A stretch of DNA of 64,000 nucleotides from an uncultured Lachnospiraceae bacterium. Lineage in GTDB: Bacteria > Bacillota > Clostridia > Lachnospirales > Lachnospiraceae. Positions 48,243 to 58,651 of the stretch are shown here, in pieces; the stretch's first letter is position 1; each line of letters opens with the position of its first letter. Made by a program: the position numbers and the translations under genes. The notes below the pieces were generated by a model. That model did not search any database, was not told the origin of the DNA, and was given only the letters and a program-made list of their open reading frames with translations. The DNA is taken from contig CAMFDG010000005.1 of the NCBI GenBank assembly GCA_945949045.1, forward strand, positions 3,192 to 67,191, written 5' to 3'.

Positions 48243-49430
48243 CTAGTTCAAATATCCCTTGCCTGCCAGATAATCGGATATGGTATTGACATCCTTATCT
48301 CCGCGGCCGGACAGGCAGATGATCATGCTCTGGTCCCTGGTCATTTCTTTTGCCTTTTTAAAGGCGTAGGCAACGGCATGGGCGCTCTCGATGGCCGGAA
48401 TGATTCCTTCCAGCTTGCAGAGCTCCATCAGGGCATCCATAGCTTCCGTATCGGTGATTGCCACGTACTTTGCTCTTCCGGTGTCCCGCAGATAAGCGTG
48501 CTCCGGTCCAACCCCCGGGTAATCCAGACCGGCAGAAATGGAGTGAGCCAGCTGGATATTGCCGTCTGTATCCTGAAGCAGATAGGATTTCATGCCGTGC
48601 AGCACGCCCGGCTCACCGAGAGCCATGGCAGAAGCATGTTTCCCTGTCTCTATGCCAAGGCCGGCCGCCTCCACACCGATGAGCTCCACATCCTTCTCAT
48701 CGATAAAGTCGGCAAACATTCCGATGGAGTTGGAACCGCCACCCACACAGGCCATAACCACATCAGGGTTTTTTCCCTCCACCTCCAGGTGCTGGCGCTT
48801 TGCTTCCCGGCTGATCACACTCTGGAATTCCTTGACCATCTTGGGATACGGATACGGTCCAACGGCGGAACCTATGACATAAAAGGTATCCTCTGCCGTC
48901 TTCGCCCAGGTACGGATCGCTTCATTGGTGGCATCCTTTAAGGTATTACTTCCGGATTCCACGGAAACTACCTTTGCCCCCAGCATCTCCATACGCATCA
49001 CATTCAGCTTCTGTCTCTCAATATCCTCTTTGCCCATGTATACGGTGCACTCCATATTGAAAAGAGCTGCTCCTGTAGCCGTGGCTACGCCGTGCTGGCC
49101 GGCTCCGGTCTCCGCGATGACCCTGGTCTTTCCCATCCGCCTGGCAAGAAGAATCTGCCCGATGACATTATTGATCTTGTGTGCCCCGGTATGATTCAGA
49201 TCCTCTCTCTTTAAATAAATCTTTGTACCATACTTCTCCGACAGCCGCTCTGCAAAATAAAGGGGCGTTTCACGGCCTACATACTGCTTCAAATAATAGT
49301 GATACTGTTCCATAAACTTGGGATCACGGATGGCTTCCTCAAAGGCCGCATCCAGCTCATCCAAAGTATTCATCAGCGACTCAGATACGTACTGGCCGCC
49401 AAACTGTCCGTAATATGCTTTCTCATTCAT
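48243..49430 (-). CDS. trpB: Tryptophan synthase beta
   Basis: [37 protein letters not shown]. Confidence 0.97.
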   Translation of the reverse strand: MNEKAYYGQFGGQYVSESLMNTLDELDAAFEEAIRDPKFMEQYHYYLKQYVGRETPLYFAERLSEKYGTKIYLKREDLNHTGAHKINNVIGQILLARRMGKTRVIAETGAGQHGVATATGAALFNMECTVYMGKEDIERQKLNVMRMEMLGAKVVSVESGSNTLKDATNEAIRTWAKTAEDTFYVIGSAVGPYPYPKMVKEFQSVISREAKRQHLEVEGKNPDVVMACVGGGSNSIGMFADFIDEKDVELIGVEAAGLGIETGKHASAMALGEPGVLHGMKSYLLQDTDGNIQLAHSISAGLDYPGVGPEHAYLRDTGRAKYVAITDTEAMDALMELCKLEGIIPAIESAHAVAYAFKKAKEMTRDQSMIICLSGRGDKDVNTISDYLAGKGYLN

Positions 49431-50076
49431 CTTTTTTCACCCTTTCTGTAAATTCTAAAATCAGATTTTTGTCTTTTCCATTGTCTCCTTCCACACCGGA
49501 GCTCACATCCACCACATCCGGCTGGAGGAGCCGGATGCCCTCCTTCACATTCGAAGGATTCAGCCCCCCGGCAAGAATAAAACTTCTATCTTTCAAAAGC
49601 TCCTTGTTTCTGATCTGCTTTGCAGCACTGCTCCAATCAAAGGTTTTCCCGCTGCCAAAACTTCCGGCATCCACCACAATTCCCCTGATTTTTCGGGATA
49701 ACGCTTCAGGAAGCTCTAAGAGAAATCCTGCCTTTTCCTGAAGATCCGATAGATTTGTCAAATTCACTGCATACCAGACGGGAATATTCACCGCCTTGAG
49801 CACCTCCTTTGACAATTTCTTATGTACCTGCAGGATATCAAAGCCTGCAGCCTCAAGATCACAGACCAGCTTTACTTCCGGTGACACCGTTACCGCAACT
49901 GAACCGATTCCCTGGCTGAACTTATTTTTAATTTCCACTGCCTGAGGGATTGTTACATTGCGCCTGCTGGGCCCATAGAAAACAAAACCTCCGTAATCTG
50001 CACCGGCTTCATTTAAGTATTCTGCCTCCTGAGGACGGGTCAGCCCGCATATTTTTATTTTTACAGTCTTTTCCAC
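49423..50076 (-). CDS. trpF: Phosphoribosylanthranilate isomerase
   Basis: [27 protein letters not shown]; GTG start inferred. Confidence 0.9.
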   Translation of the reverse strand: MEKTVKIKICGLTRPQEAEYLNEAGADYGGFVFYGPSRRNVTIPQAVEIKNKFSQGIGSVAVTVSPEVKLVCDLEAAGFDILQVHKKLSKEVLKAVNIPVWYAVNLTNLSDLQEKAGFLLELPEALSRKIRGIVVDAGSFGSGKTFDWSSAAKQIRNKELLKDRSFILAGGLNPSNVKEGIRLLQPDVVDVSSGVEGDNGKDKNLILEFTERVKKDE

Positions 50077-50837
50077 GACTCTGCCAGCTCCTTCGGATTT
50101 TCTGCCTCCATGAATGCCCTTCCGATCAGAAAAGCATCCACTTTGCATTCCTTTAAAAATTTCACATCCTCATCTCCCATAATGCCGCTCTCCGCCACAA
50201 AAACCTTATCCTCCGGCACATAGGGGCGAAGTCTCTTCGTATTTTCCAGAGATATGGAAAAATCTTTGAGGTTCCGGTTATTCACACCGATGATCCGGGG
50301 ATCGATTCTCATGGATCGCTCGATTTCCTCCTCGTTGTGGGCCTCCACCAGCACATCCAGCCCAAGATGTCTGGCCAGCTGATAAAAATCATGCATCTGC
50401 ACATCATCTAAAATGGCAGCGATGAGAAGCACTGCATCGGCTCCGATAGCCTTTGCCTCGTAAAACTGGTACTCGTCGATCATGAAGTCCTTTCGCAGAA
50501 TCGGAAGCTCAGACGCGCTTCGAATCTGCTTTAAATAGTCCACACTTCCATCGAAATGATCCTCCTCCGTCAGGCAGGAGATGGCATCCACAGAGGCATT
50601 ATACTCGTCGATCCGCTCCAGAAGATCCATTTTGCCGGCGATCTTCCCGAGGCTTGGAGAAGCCTTTTTGAATTCTCCGATGATGGAGATTCCCTCTTTT
50701 TTCAAATTATGGTAAAAGCAGTCGGGATCTAAGGTCTTTGCCGCCTCTGCCAGATGCCTCATTTCCTGGAAGGAGACCCTTGCCTTGTGCTCTGCCAGAC
50801 GCTTTTTTTTGTCTTCTACGATCTCATCTAATATCAT
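50061..50837 (-). CDS. trpC: Indole-3-glycerol phosphate synthase
   Basis: EFKKASPS, LRKDF, GVNNRNL, AESG. Confidence 0.95.
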   Translation of the reverse strand: MILDEIVEDKKKRLAEHKARVSFQEMRHLAEAAKTLDPDCFYHNLKKEGISIIGEFKKASPSLGKIAGKMDLLERIDEYNASVDAISCLTEEDHFDGSVDYLKQIRSASELPILRKDFMIDEYQFYEAKAIGADAVLLIAAILDDVQMHDFYQLARHLGLDVLVEAHNEEEIERSMRIDPRIIGVNNRNLKDFSISLENTKRLRPYVPEDKVFVAESGIMGDEDVKFLKECKVDAFLIGRAFMEAENPKELAESWKRL

Positions 50838-50862
50838 TTTCTTCTCCTTTATGGAACATATC

Positions 50863-51432
50863 TTATATGGTTCCATTGACGAAATTTTCTACAATGCGCT
50901 TGCCATGCTCCGTGTAAATGGATTCCGGATGGAACTGAAGCCCCACCACCGGATATTCCCTGTGCCGGACAGCCATGATCTCGCCGTCCTCGGTTTTTGC
51001 AAGAATCTTCAGGCACTCCGGCAGATCTGCCTCCTGCAGGGCCAGCGAATGATACCTTGCAACCTTAATGGGGGAATCTATTCCGGTAAACACGCTGCTG
51101 CCATCGTGGGTGATCAGCGACTGTTTGCCGTGGAAAAGCGCCTTTGCGTATGAGACCGTGCCGCCTAAAGCCTCGCCAATGCACTGATGTCCCAGACAGA
51201 TGCCAAGGATCGGCTTTTTCCCGGTAAATTCCTTCACCACATCCATGCAGATGCCGGCCTCCTTGGGGCTTTTGGGTCCCGGAGAAAGAAGAATGCGCTC
51301 CGGGTCCATTTCCTTCATCTCATCGATGGTGATTTTATCATTGCGGACAACCTTGATGTCAGAATCAAAAATTCCGATATACTGGTAAAGGTTGTAGGTA
51401 AATGAATCATAATTATCTATTAACAGTATCAT
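50863..51432 (-). CDS. trpG: Anthranilate synthase component II
   Basis: IDNYDSFTYN, SPGP, GICLGHQ, RYHS, QFHPES. Confidence 0.95.
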   Translation of the reverse strand: MILLIDNYDSFTYNLYQYIGIFDSDIKVVRNDKITIDEMKEMDPERILLSPGPKSPKEAGICMDVVKEFTGKKPILGICLGHQCIGEALGGTVSYAKALFHGKQSLITHDGSSVFTGIDSPIKVARYHSLALQEADLPECLKILAKTEDGEIMAVRHREYPVVGLQFHPESIYTEHGKRIVENFVNGTI

Positions 51433-51443
51433 AATCGTTCCTC

Positions 51444-52859
51444 CTATAGCTTTGACTCATCGATCAGGGTTTTCGCCAGTGCCATGACTTTATTACAGCA
51501 TTCCTGATATTCGTTTTCGGGAATGGAATCCGCTACGATTCCGGCTCCTGCCTGCAGGTAGACCTTATCCCCCTTCTTTACCATAGTACGGATGGTAATA
51601 CAGAAATCCATGTCACCGGAGAAATCCACATAGCCGGTAGCTCCGCCATACAACCCTCTCCTTACCGTTTCCAGTTCATCAATAATTTCCATTGCACGAA
51701 TCTTTGGCGCACCGCTTAAGGTTCCCGCCGGCAGGAAAGAGGATACCAGATCGAAGGGATGGAATTCTCCCTTCTTACGTCCCTCCACCTGGGAAACAAT
51801 GTGCATCACATGGGAATAATTCTGCACTTCCATGAACTGGGTTACCTTGACAGTTCCAAACTCGGCAATGCGTCCCATGTCGTTTCTGGCCAGATCAACT
51901 AACATCACATGTTCGGCCCGCTCCTTCTCATCCCTAAGCAGCTCATCCTTGAGAAGTGCATCCTCCTCTGCATCCACACCTCTTCTTCTGGTTCCCGCAA
52001 TGGGACAGGTGAACACCCGCTTGCCCTGCTGCTTTACGATCATCTCCGGAGAGCTTCCGATCACCTCGAAATCACCGAAATTAAAGTAATACAGATACGG
52101 AGAAGGATTTAACTCGCGAAGCTCCTTGTAAAGCTCGAACCCGCTCTGCCCGGTCTGCACGGTCCATCTCTGGGAAAGCACGGTCTGGAAGATATGTCCT
52201 TCTTTGATATAGTGCTTGATTTTATTCACCTTTTCACAGTACTGCTCTAAGGTATCTGACTGATGAACGATCACGCCGTCATGAACAAAGCTCTTTTCCT
52301 TTGTATCGCCGGCATGGGCGCGGGCCTTTGTAATCATGTCTTCCGCTTCCTCCAGAGAAGCCTTTCGCCCCGCCTCTGAATCCTCTCCCAGCACAATGCC
52401 GGTGAGCGTTTCTGCCACATGATCCACCATGATGAACTTTGTCATCAGCATCATCTGAATGGTCTCGATCCCGATCTCATCCGGATTATTGTCTGGAAGA
52501 ACCTCTGCATACCTGACAAAATCATACCCCAGATTTCCCACCAGCCCGCCGGAAAAGGACAGTTCCTCATTGTCCTTTACGATTTCAAATTCACTGTAAT
52601 ATTCCTTCAGTCGCACTAACGGGTTACCCTCCCGGACCTCCCTGCTGCCATCTGCCTTTGTGATCACCAGTGCATTTCCACTCGAGGTGATGATCTCCTC
52701 CGGCTCACAACCGAAAAAGGTATAGCGGTCATAATTCTTATCGTAACTCTCCAGCAGGAAACCCTTCTTATCTCCCGTCAGGCTCTCATACATCCCCGTG
52801 GCTGTCTCATTCACGATACTGACTGTTTTCTTATACACTCTCAATCTTCTCTTCATCAT
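51444..52859 (-). CDS. trpE: Anthranilate synthase component I
   Basis: [43 protein letters not shown]. Confidence 0.95.
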   Translation of the reverse strand: MMKRRLRVYKKTVSIVNETATGMYESLTGDKKGFLLESYDKNYDRYTFFGCEPEEIITSSGNALVITKADGSREVREGNPLVRLKEYYSEFEIVKDNEELSFSGGLVGNLGYDFVRYAEVLPDNNPDEIGIETIQMMLMTKFIMVDHVAETLTGIVLGEDSEAGRKASLEEAEDMITKARAHAGDTKEKSFVHDGVIVHQSDTLEQYCEKVNKIKHYIKEGHIFQTVLSQRWTVQTGQSGFELYKELRELNPSPYLYYFNFGDFEVIGSSPEMIVKQQGKRVFTCPIAGTRRRGVDAEEDALLKDELLRDEKERAEHVMLVDLARNDMGRIAEFGTVKVTQFMEVQNYSHVMHIVSQVEGRKKGEFHPFDLVSSFLPAGTLSGAPKIRAMEIIDELETVRRGLYGGATGYVDFSGDMDFCITIRTMVKKGDKVYLQAGAGIVADSIPENEYQECCNKVMALAKTLIDESKL

Positions 52860-52880
52860 TTTCCTCCTCTTTCTTGCAAA

Positions 52881-53205
52881 TAAAAAGTCCCTGATACAGC
52901 CTACGCCATATCAGGGACGAATCAATCGTGGTGCCACCCTGTTTTCGTTGCCTACATGAAAAAAGGCAGCTATCTCCGAATCGGAAATAACTGCCACCAA
53001 TTACGCAACCTCTATGATACAGAGACAAAAAGTCTCGATATCCTCACCCCTGTAACGTGGGGAAACGGCTCAGCTACTAATGAAAAATTCATATTCACCT
53101 TGCATCTAACGAATCCATTCCAGACAGAATATCTTACCGGCTTCCACCACCGCCGGCTCTCTGTAAAGCATCCTCTGCTGTACTTACCTTCGCTCATTGA
53201 TTTTC
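52881..53205 (-). ncRNA. T-box riboswitch (Trp) with terminator
   Basis: T-box AGGGTGGCACCACG (52927-52940); terminator GTCCCTGATA/TATCAGGGAC plus U-tract; stem I AGAGA..GGTGGAA; specifier GAA-TGG-A (TGG at 53115-53117). Confidence 0.9.
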
Positions 53206-53223
53206 ACTTATTGAACTGATATA

Positions 53224-53252
53224 ACTATATTCCAAATGTCGTTTCCTGTCAA
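53224..53252 (-). promoter_or_regulatory. sigmaA promoter of the trp leader
   Basis: TTGACA-N17-TATAGT. Confidence 0.75.
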
Positions 53253-53262
53253 CCCTGTTTTT

Positions 53263-54042
53263 TCAGACACGGCCCAATTTCTTTTTCTGCTGGTGACCGG
53301 TGACCCGGATGTAAAGAGAATGGGGAATCATCCGTATTGCGAAGATGGCTGCTTTCATGCGAAAAGTTGGAATGATGACGACCTTCCTCTTTTTCATCAT
53401 TTTAACAGCGTAAGCCACGCAGTCTTCCGCTGATATTCCCGGAAGCGAAAACTCCACATTGGCAATGGAATTAAATTCCGTGTTGACCGGGCCCGGACAA
53501 AGAACACCAATATAAACCCTGCTTCCCTTTTCCTTAAGCTCCTGGGCAACTGCCCGGGTCAGACTTGCCACATAAGACTTTGTTGCATAATAAGCTGACA
53601 TATAAGGACCGGCCGGAATGAGTCCCGCCGAGGACGCCACATTGAGAAGAATGCCCTCCCCCTGCTTCTCCATCTGCCGAAGGACCAGCTTGGTCAACAG
53701 ATGAACAGCCTTGACATTGACATCAATCATCCCAAGCTCCTTTTCCTCATCGGTTTCCAGAAAACAACCGCAGTCTCCAAAGCCGGCATTATTGATAAAG
53801 ATCCCGAGGAATTTATCGGACAGAGCCTCCATCAGCCGGTGACATTCCGACATCTGGGACAGGTCTGCAGCCAATACCACACTCTCTGTTCCCCGGTCTT
53901 TCAGTTCCCGGGAAAGCTCCATAAGGCGCTCCCGTCTTCTTGCCACCAATACCAGATGATATCCTTCCCCTGCCAGCTGCCTGGCAAACGCTTTTCCGAT
54001 GCCTGAGCTGGCTCCTGTAACTACGGCATATTTTTCCTCCAT
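53263..54042 (-). CDS. SDR family oxidoreductase (DltE-like)
   Basis: TGASSGIG, NNAG, YxxxK (YYATK). Confidence 0.9.
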   Translation of the reverse strand: MEEKYAVVTGASSGIGKAFARQLAGEGYHLVLVARRRERLMELSRELKDRGTESVVLAADLSQMSECHRLMEALSDKFLGIFINNAGFGDCGCFLETDEEKELGMIDVNVKAVHLLTKLVLRQMEKQGEGILLNVASSAGLIPAGPYMSAYYATKSYVASLTRAVAQELKEKGSRVYIGVLCPGPVNTEFNSIANVEFSLPGISAEDCVAYAVKMMKKRKVVIIPTFRMKAAIFAIRMIPHSLYIRVTGHQQKKKLGRV

Positions 54043-54062
54043 CTCTCTCACCTCTCGCTGTA

Positions 54063-54524
54063 CTAGAACCTTTTGTTCTGCAGCACCAGTTCTCTGGGTG
54101 TCACATCCAGCTTCACAAGAGTCGGATTTTCCTTATAGACCTCCAGGATTGTAAGCCACAGCATATGTGCCTCATAAACCAGCATCTGGTCTGCCGTCAC
54201 CGCATAGGGAGCCAGAACATCCACATCAAAAAAGCGGATTCCGTCCGGCGGCAGGAAGATCAGATTACAGGATTTTTTCTTATCCCCACAGGTATAAAAC
54301 TGCTCGTAGGTAATCAAAAGAAATTCCTTGTCGTGATGGATACAGTGGTAGCCCACAAAGCACTCATCCACGATCCATTTTTCTCCATCTTCCTCTTCTA
54401 CCGGTTTTTGGGCGGGATCATTGTATTCCGTGGTCTGGTACTGAATATCCCAGTGGATCCTTCCGGCTCTGGTCTCTTTGGTCAGCTCTGTAAGCTCACG
54501 CATCAGTTCTGTCTCTTTTTTCAT
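54063..54524 (-). CDS. Hypothetical protein (153 aa)
   Basis: Fills the gap in a co-directional gene run, with an RBS-like purine stretch; no motif recognised. Confidence 0.7.
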   Translation of the reverse strand: MKKETELMRELTELTKETRAGRIHWDIQYQTTEYNDPAQKPVEEEDGEKWIVDECFVGYHCIHHDKEFLLITYEQFYTCGDKKKSCNLIFLPPDGIRFFDVDVLAPYAVTADQMLVYEAHMLWLTILEVYKENPTLVKLDVTPRELVLQNKRF

Positions 54525-54558
54525 GATACCCCATCCTTTCGTCTTAGCGGGCAGGTTC

Positions 54559-55428
54559 TTATCCTCTCACATAAATCTCAGAAAGATTATCCATAATGGC
54601 AGCAGCCACATCCGGCTTATTCATGGAATAAATATGGATATGGTTCACACCGTTTGCAATCAGATCAATGATCTGTTCCGTAGCATAGGCAATTCCTGCC
54701 TGACGCATCGCCAGGGGATTATCCCCGAAACGGTCCACAATGCTGAGGAATTTTGCCGGAACGAGATTTCCTGTCAGGGAAATGGTTCTCCTGACCTGCG
54801 TGGCATTGGTCACCGGCATGATTCCGGCCGTTACAGGTACATCTATCCCCTTTGCCAAAGCCTTATACAAAAAGCGGTAGTATACATTGTTGTCAAAAAA
54901 CATCTGGGTGGTCAGATACTCACACCCTGCATCTACCTTCTCCTTCAGATAGTTCAGATCCTCATCCATGGATGCCGCCTCCGGATGTCCCTCCGGATAG
55001 CATGCACCACCGATGCAGAAATCTCCCTCCTCCTTTATCTCACGGATCAGCTCAATGGCATGATGATACTGATTCGGCAGCGGGAAATCTGCATTTTCCG
55101 GAATATCCCCCCGCAGGGCAAGAATATTCTCAATGCCTCGTTCCTTCAGTTCCCGGATCACCGAGTGCACCTTCTCCTTGGTGGAGGAAGCACAGGTCAG
55201 ATGGGCAATGGCCGGAACCCCGCAGGCATTGATCGTTTCTGCAATCTCCACAGTGTAATCGCTGGTGCCGCCGGTGGCGCCATAGGTGCAGCTGATATAG
55301 GAAGGCCCAAGCTGTGCTGTCTGGGCAACGATCGACTTATAATTCTCCAGCTGGGAGCCTTTCTTCGGCGGAAAAAGCTCGCAGGAAATGGTTACCTGAT
55401 TCTCTTTTAAAATATTTGATACTTTCAT
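54559..55428 (-). CDS. metF: Methylenetetrahydrofolate reductase
   Basis: ELFPPK, TYGA, AHLTC, LALRGD, YPEGH, TQMFF. Confidence 0.93.
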   Translation of the reverse strand: MKVSNILKENQVTISCELFPPKKGSQLENYKSIVAQTAQLGPSYISCTYGATGGTSDYTVEIAETINACGVPAIAHLTCASSTKEKVHSVIRELKERGIENILALRGDIPENADFPLPNQYHHAIELIREIKEEGDFCIGGACYPEGHPEAASMDEDLNYLKEKVDAGCEYLTTQMFFDNNVYYRFLYKALAKGIDVPVTAGIMPVTNATQVRRTISLTGNLVPAKFLSIVDRFGDNPLAMRQAGIAYATEQIIDLIANGVNHIHIYSMNKPDVAAAIMDNLSEIYVRG

Positions 55429-55460
55429 TTTGTCCCCTTATCTCTTTTCTTATGTGATTC

Positions 55461-55964
55461 TTAAAACTTGCGCAGTTCATCCGTCCCGTCATCAACGGTA
55501 TTCTCGATTCTTTTGATCTGAACGAAATAGGAATAGTCATCGTTCACCCTGACTTCGCAGCGGTCTCCCACTTTGTGTCCGAAAATCGCAGCGCCTAACG
55601 GCGACTCACGACTGATCAGGTTCTTTAAGGAATTGCTGCGCACCGTGGTCACCAGCTTATAGGTTTCCACCAGATCATCCTCCTCAAAATAAACGTCCAC
55701 TGTATTATTCATCCCCACCTCATCCTCCGGGGAATCCTCTGATATCACTACAGCAGTCTTAATCATCTTTTCCAGATAACGGATCCTGCTTTCATTCTCA
55801 TTCTTAAATTTCTTGGCAGCCTTATACTCAAAATTCTCACTCAGATCTCCCTGGGCTCTGGCCTCTTTCACGTCCTCCAGCGCTTCCTTTCGCACCACCA
55901 GCTTACGGTGCTCGATCTCTGCCTCCATTTTTTCTATATCCTTTTTCGTCAATTCATCATGCAT
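55461..55964 (-). CDS. greA: Transcription elongation factor, GreA family
   Basis: ARAQGDLSENFEY, ISRESPLGAAIFG. Confidence 0.88.
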   Translation of the reverse strand: MHDELTKKDIEKMEAEIEHRKLVVRKEALEDVKEARAQGDLSENFEYKAAKKFKNENESRIRYLEKMIKTAVVISEDSPEDEVGMNNTVDVYFEEDDLVETYKLVTTVRSNSLKNLISRESPLGAAIFGHKVGDRCEVRVNDDYSYFVQIKRIENTVDDGTDELRKF

Positions 55965-56617
55965 AGTTGATACCCCTCCTGCCTGCCATTATTCCATGTA
56001 ACCTCCTGCCAGATTCCCGGACCGCAGAATTCCCGCGTACAGACCGTGGCACAGTAGCCGCCCGGCAGAATACGCTGCTCATAGCAGTTTTCAACCGTTG
56101 TGTCAACTGTAGTAAAATCCCGCGACAGTCCCTCTCCGGTCATCTTGACATAGCTTTCCTTCTTCGTCCAGACACGGATCAGCTCTTCTTCATACCGATC
56201 AGAACCTTCCAAAATCGCCAGTTCCTTCGGGTTCAGGCATTTCCCGGCAATATGTTCCGGCCCTTTTTTCCTCTTTTCAAATCGAAACAGGCTTTCCACG
56301 TCTGCACCAACCTCCCGGTCTGCCAGAGCACACATAGCCCGCTCCCCGGCATGACTGACATTAAAATACAGACTGCTGTTTGTAAGAAGCGGTTTTCCAT
56401 GTCTCCCCTTCGAAAAGCAGGTCTCCTCATAGGAGATATGCTCCTCCAAAAGTGCAATTCGAAGCAAAAGCGACGCTGCTAGGGAGCGCCGCCTGTCATC
56501 CATAGAATGAAAAGACAGGATTCTCTCCCGTCTCTCTTCCGAAACCAGCCTTTCCATCTGTTGCCACTGCATCTTACTTTTCAAAAATGTACAGTCCGTC
56601 ACATAAATCTTAAGCAT
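55949..56617 (-). CDS. Sfp-type 4'-phosphopantetheinyl transferase
   Basis: GKP, FNVSHAG, VGADVE, WTKKESYVK. Confidence 0.88.
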   Translation of the reverse strand: MLKIYVTDCTFLKSKMQWQQMERLVSEERRERILSFHSMDDRRRSLAASLLLRIALLEEHISYEETCFSKGRHGKPLLTNSSLYFNVSHAGERAMCALADREVGADVESLFRFEKRKKGPEHIAGKCLNPKELAILEGSDRYEEELIRVWTKKESYVKMTGEGLSRDFTTVDTTVENCYEQRILPGGYCATVCTREFCGPGIWQEVTWNNGRQEGYQLCMMN

Positions 56618-57479
56618 GCACGAAACCTGCCAGACCACAGATCAGCACCAGTGCTCCCAATGCAATCCGATACCATCCGAACACCTTAAAATCATGCTTT
56701 TTAATGTACCCCATCAGAAAACGGATCACCAGAAGTGAAATCACAAAGGCTACCACCATTCCCACGATGAGAATCACCAGCTGACTGGTGGTAAAGGAAA
56801 ACCCAAATTTAAGCAGCTTCAACAGGCTTGCTCCAAACATCACCGGAATTGCAAGGAAAAAGGTATATTCGGCGGCAACCGTTCGGGACACACCGATCAG
56901 AAGTGCCCCCACAATGGTTGCTCCGGAACGGGAGGTTCCCGGAAAAATCGCTGCAATCAGCTGGAACAATCCGATCAGAAACGCCGTATTATAACCAATA
57001 TCCGCCAATGTACTGATTTTCGCGTTCTTCCCTTTATAATGATTTTCAATCAGAATAAAGGCAATTCCAAACAGAATCAGCATCACGGCCACCGTCTGGT
57101 AATTATAAAAATATTTCTCAAACAGATCATTAAACAGGATTCCGATTACCGCTGCCGGAACCGTGGATACCAGTATGTGGAACCACAGTTTAAATATATC
57201 CGTCCTGATCCAGACACCAATTCCCTTGTTCGAAAGAGGCGCATTGTTATTTTTCTTCCCGAAAGGCCAGATCTGGCTCCAGAATAAAACCACAACCGCA
57301 AGGATTGCTCCCAGCTGGATCACTACCTCAAACATACTGTAAAAGTCCTCACCCTCCTGCAGAGGCACGATCTCGTTTAAAAGGATCATATGTCCGGTAC
57401 TGCTGATTGGAAGCCACTCTGTAATGCCCTCCACGATTCCGAACAGTACCGCCTTTAATATTTCCAATAATTCCGCCAT
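56610..57479 (-). CDS. uppP: Undecaprenyl-diphosphate phosphatase
   Basis: VEGITEWLPISSTGH, PGTSRSGAT, FGWYR. Confidence 0.95.
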   Translation of the reverse strand: MAELLEILKAVLFGIVEGITEWLPISSTGHMILLNEIVPLQEGEDFYSMFEVVIQLGAILAVVVLFWSQIWPFGKKNNNAPLSNKGIGVWIRTDIFKLWFHILVSTVPAAVIGILFNDLFEKYFYNYQTVAVMLILFGIAFILIENHYKGKNAKISTLADIGYNTAFLIGLFQLIAAIFPGTSRSGATIVGALLIGVSRTVAAEYTFFLAIPVMFGASLLKLLKFGFSFTTSQLVILIVGMVVAFVISLLVIRFLMGYIKKHDFKVFGWYRIALGALVLICGLAGFVHA

Positions 57480-57482
57480 AAA

Positions 57483-58367
57483 TTAAACCCTTTCTTTCCC
57501 CCAGAAAAACAGTGCAACCGTCCCCGGACCTGTATGACTTCCGATGGTGGTTCCGATAGAGAAGATCTCCACCCTGCCCTGAAGCCTCGGAAAACGCTCT
57601 TCAATCAGCTTTGCCACCGCCTCTGCATCCTCCTCACAGGCAGAATTGCTGATATAGCATTTGCCCGAATAGTCTGTACCATTCTCTGCCGTCTCTGCCA
57701 TCTTGTCGACAATGGCCTGAATAACCTTCTTCTTGGTGCGGACCTTCTGTCTTGCAACCAGCTTTCCTTCCGGATCCACCGTCATCAGCGGACAGATGTT
57801 CATCATGCCGCCAATCAGTCCCGCTGCCTTCGATACCCGGCCGCCCCGGATCAAAAAGGTTAAGTCACTGGTAAAGAACCAGTGCTGTAAATTTTCCCTG
57901 TGGTCCTGTGCCCACTGATACAGCTCATCAATGGATTTTCCCGCATCTCTCATATCCGCAAGCCGATCCATAAAAAGACCATAGCCGGAGGAGGCAGATA
58001 AAGAATCCAGCACATAGATTTTACGGTCCGGATATTTCTCCTGCATCATCTCCTGAGCGACACAGGCACTGTTATACACGCCGGAGATTCCCGAGGAAAG
58101 CGTCAGATGAAGAATATCCTTCCCCTCCTTCAGGAATGGTTCAAAATAATTGCAGAATTCATCCACGTTCACCTGCGAGGTCTTAGTGTCCGCACCTTCT
58201 GCCATCGCCTGATAAAATTGATCAAAAGGCATCGTCTCCCCCAGATCATCGGGGTACTGTTTTCCATCCAGTTCATAGTGGAAGCAGATGTAGGAAATCT
58301 GTCTTTTTTCAAATATGTTTTTCGTCAAATCAGCTGTGGAACAGCAGCTCAGAATATAATCAGCCAT
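57483..58367 (-). CDS. DegV family protein (second paralog)
   Basis: STADL, KTSQ, SSGISG, LIRGGR, IGSHTGPG. Confidence 0.92.
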   Translation of the reverse strand: MADYILSCCSTADLTKNIFEKRQISYICFHYELDGKQYPDDLGETMPFDQFYQAMAEGADTKTSQVNVDEFCNYFEPFLKEGKDILHLTLSSGISGVYNSACVAQEMMQEKYPDRKIYVLDSLSASSGYGLFMDRLADMRDAGKSIDELYQWAQDHRENLQHWFFTSDLTFLIRGGRVSKAAGLIGGMMNICPLMTVDPEGKLVARQKVRTKKKVIQAIVDKMAETAENGTDYSGKCYISNSACEEDAEAVAKLIEERFPRLQGRVEIFSIGTTIGSHTGPGTVALFFWGKERV

Positions 58368-58493
58368 ATTTTCTCCTCTCTTGCGACTGGTATCCAGTCC
58401 AACCAACCTTAGCCAATTTTATAACAAAAATCGTAGAATAGCAAGCGGACTTATGATATACTATAAATATATTTTTTCATTTGGAGGTTTATC

Positions 58494-58646
58494 ATGAGCG
58501 AAAAAATTTACAAAACCATGGGCGGCACCGGAGCAGGCACCCTTGCCATCGGAATCTGTGTTCTCATCAGCGGGCTTGTTTCCGGTATCCTTTTAATTGT
58601 CAACGGAGCCAGATTATTGAAGAACCGCGAGAAATTAATGTTCTAA
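58494..58646 (+). CDS. Small membrane protein (50 aa, absent from the ORF track)
   Basis: GGAGG RBS; MSEKIYKTMGGTGAGTLAIGICVLISGLVSGILLIVNGARLLKNREKLMF. Confidence 0.7.
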   Translation: MSEKIYKTMGGTGAGTLAIGICVLISGLVSGILLIVNGARLLKNREKLMF

Positions 58647-58651
58647 TTCCA

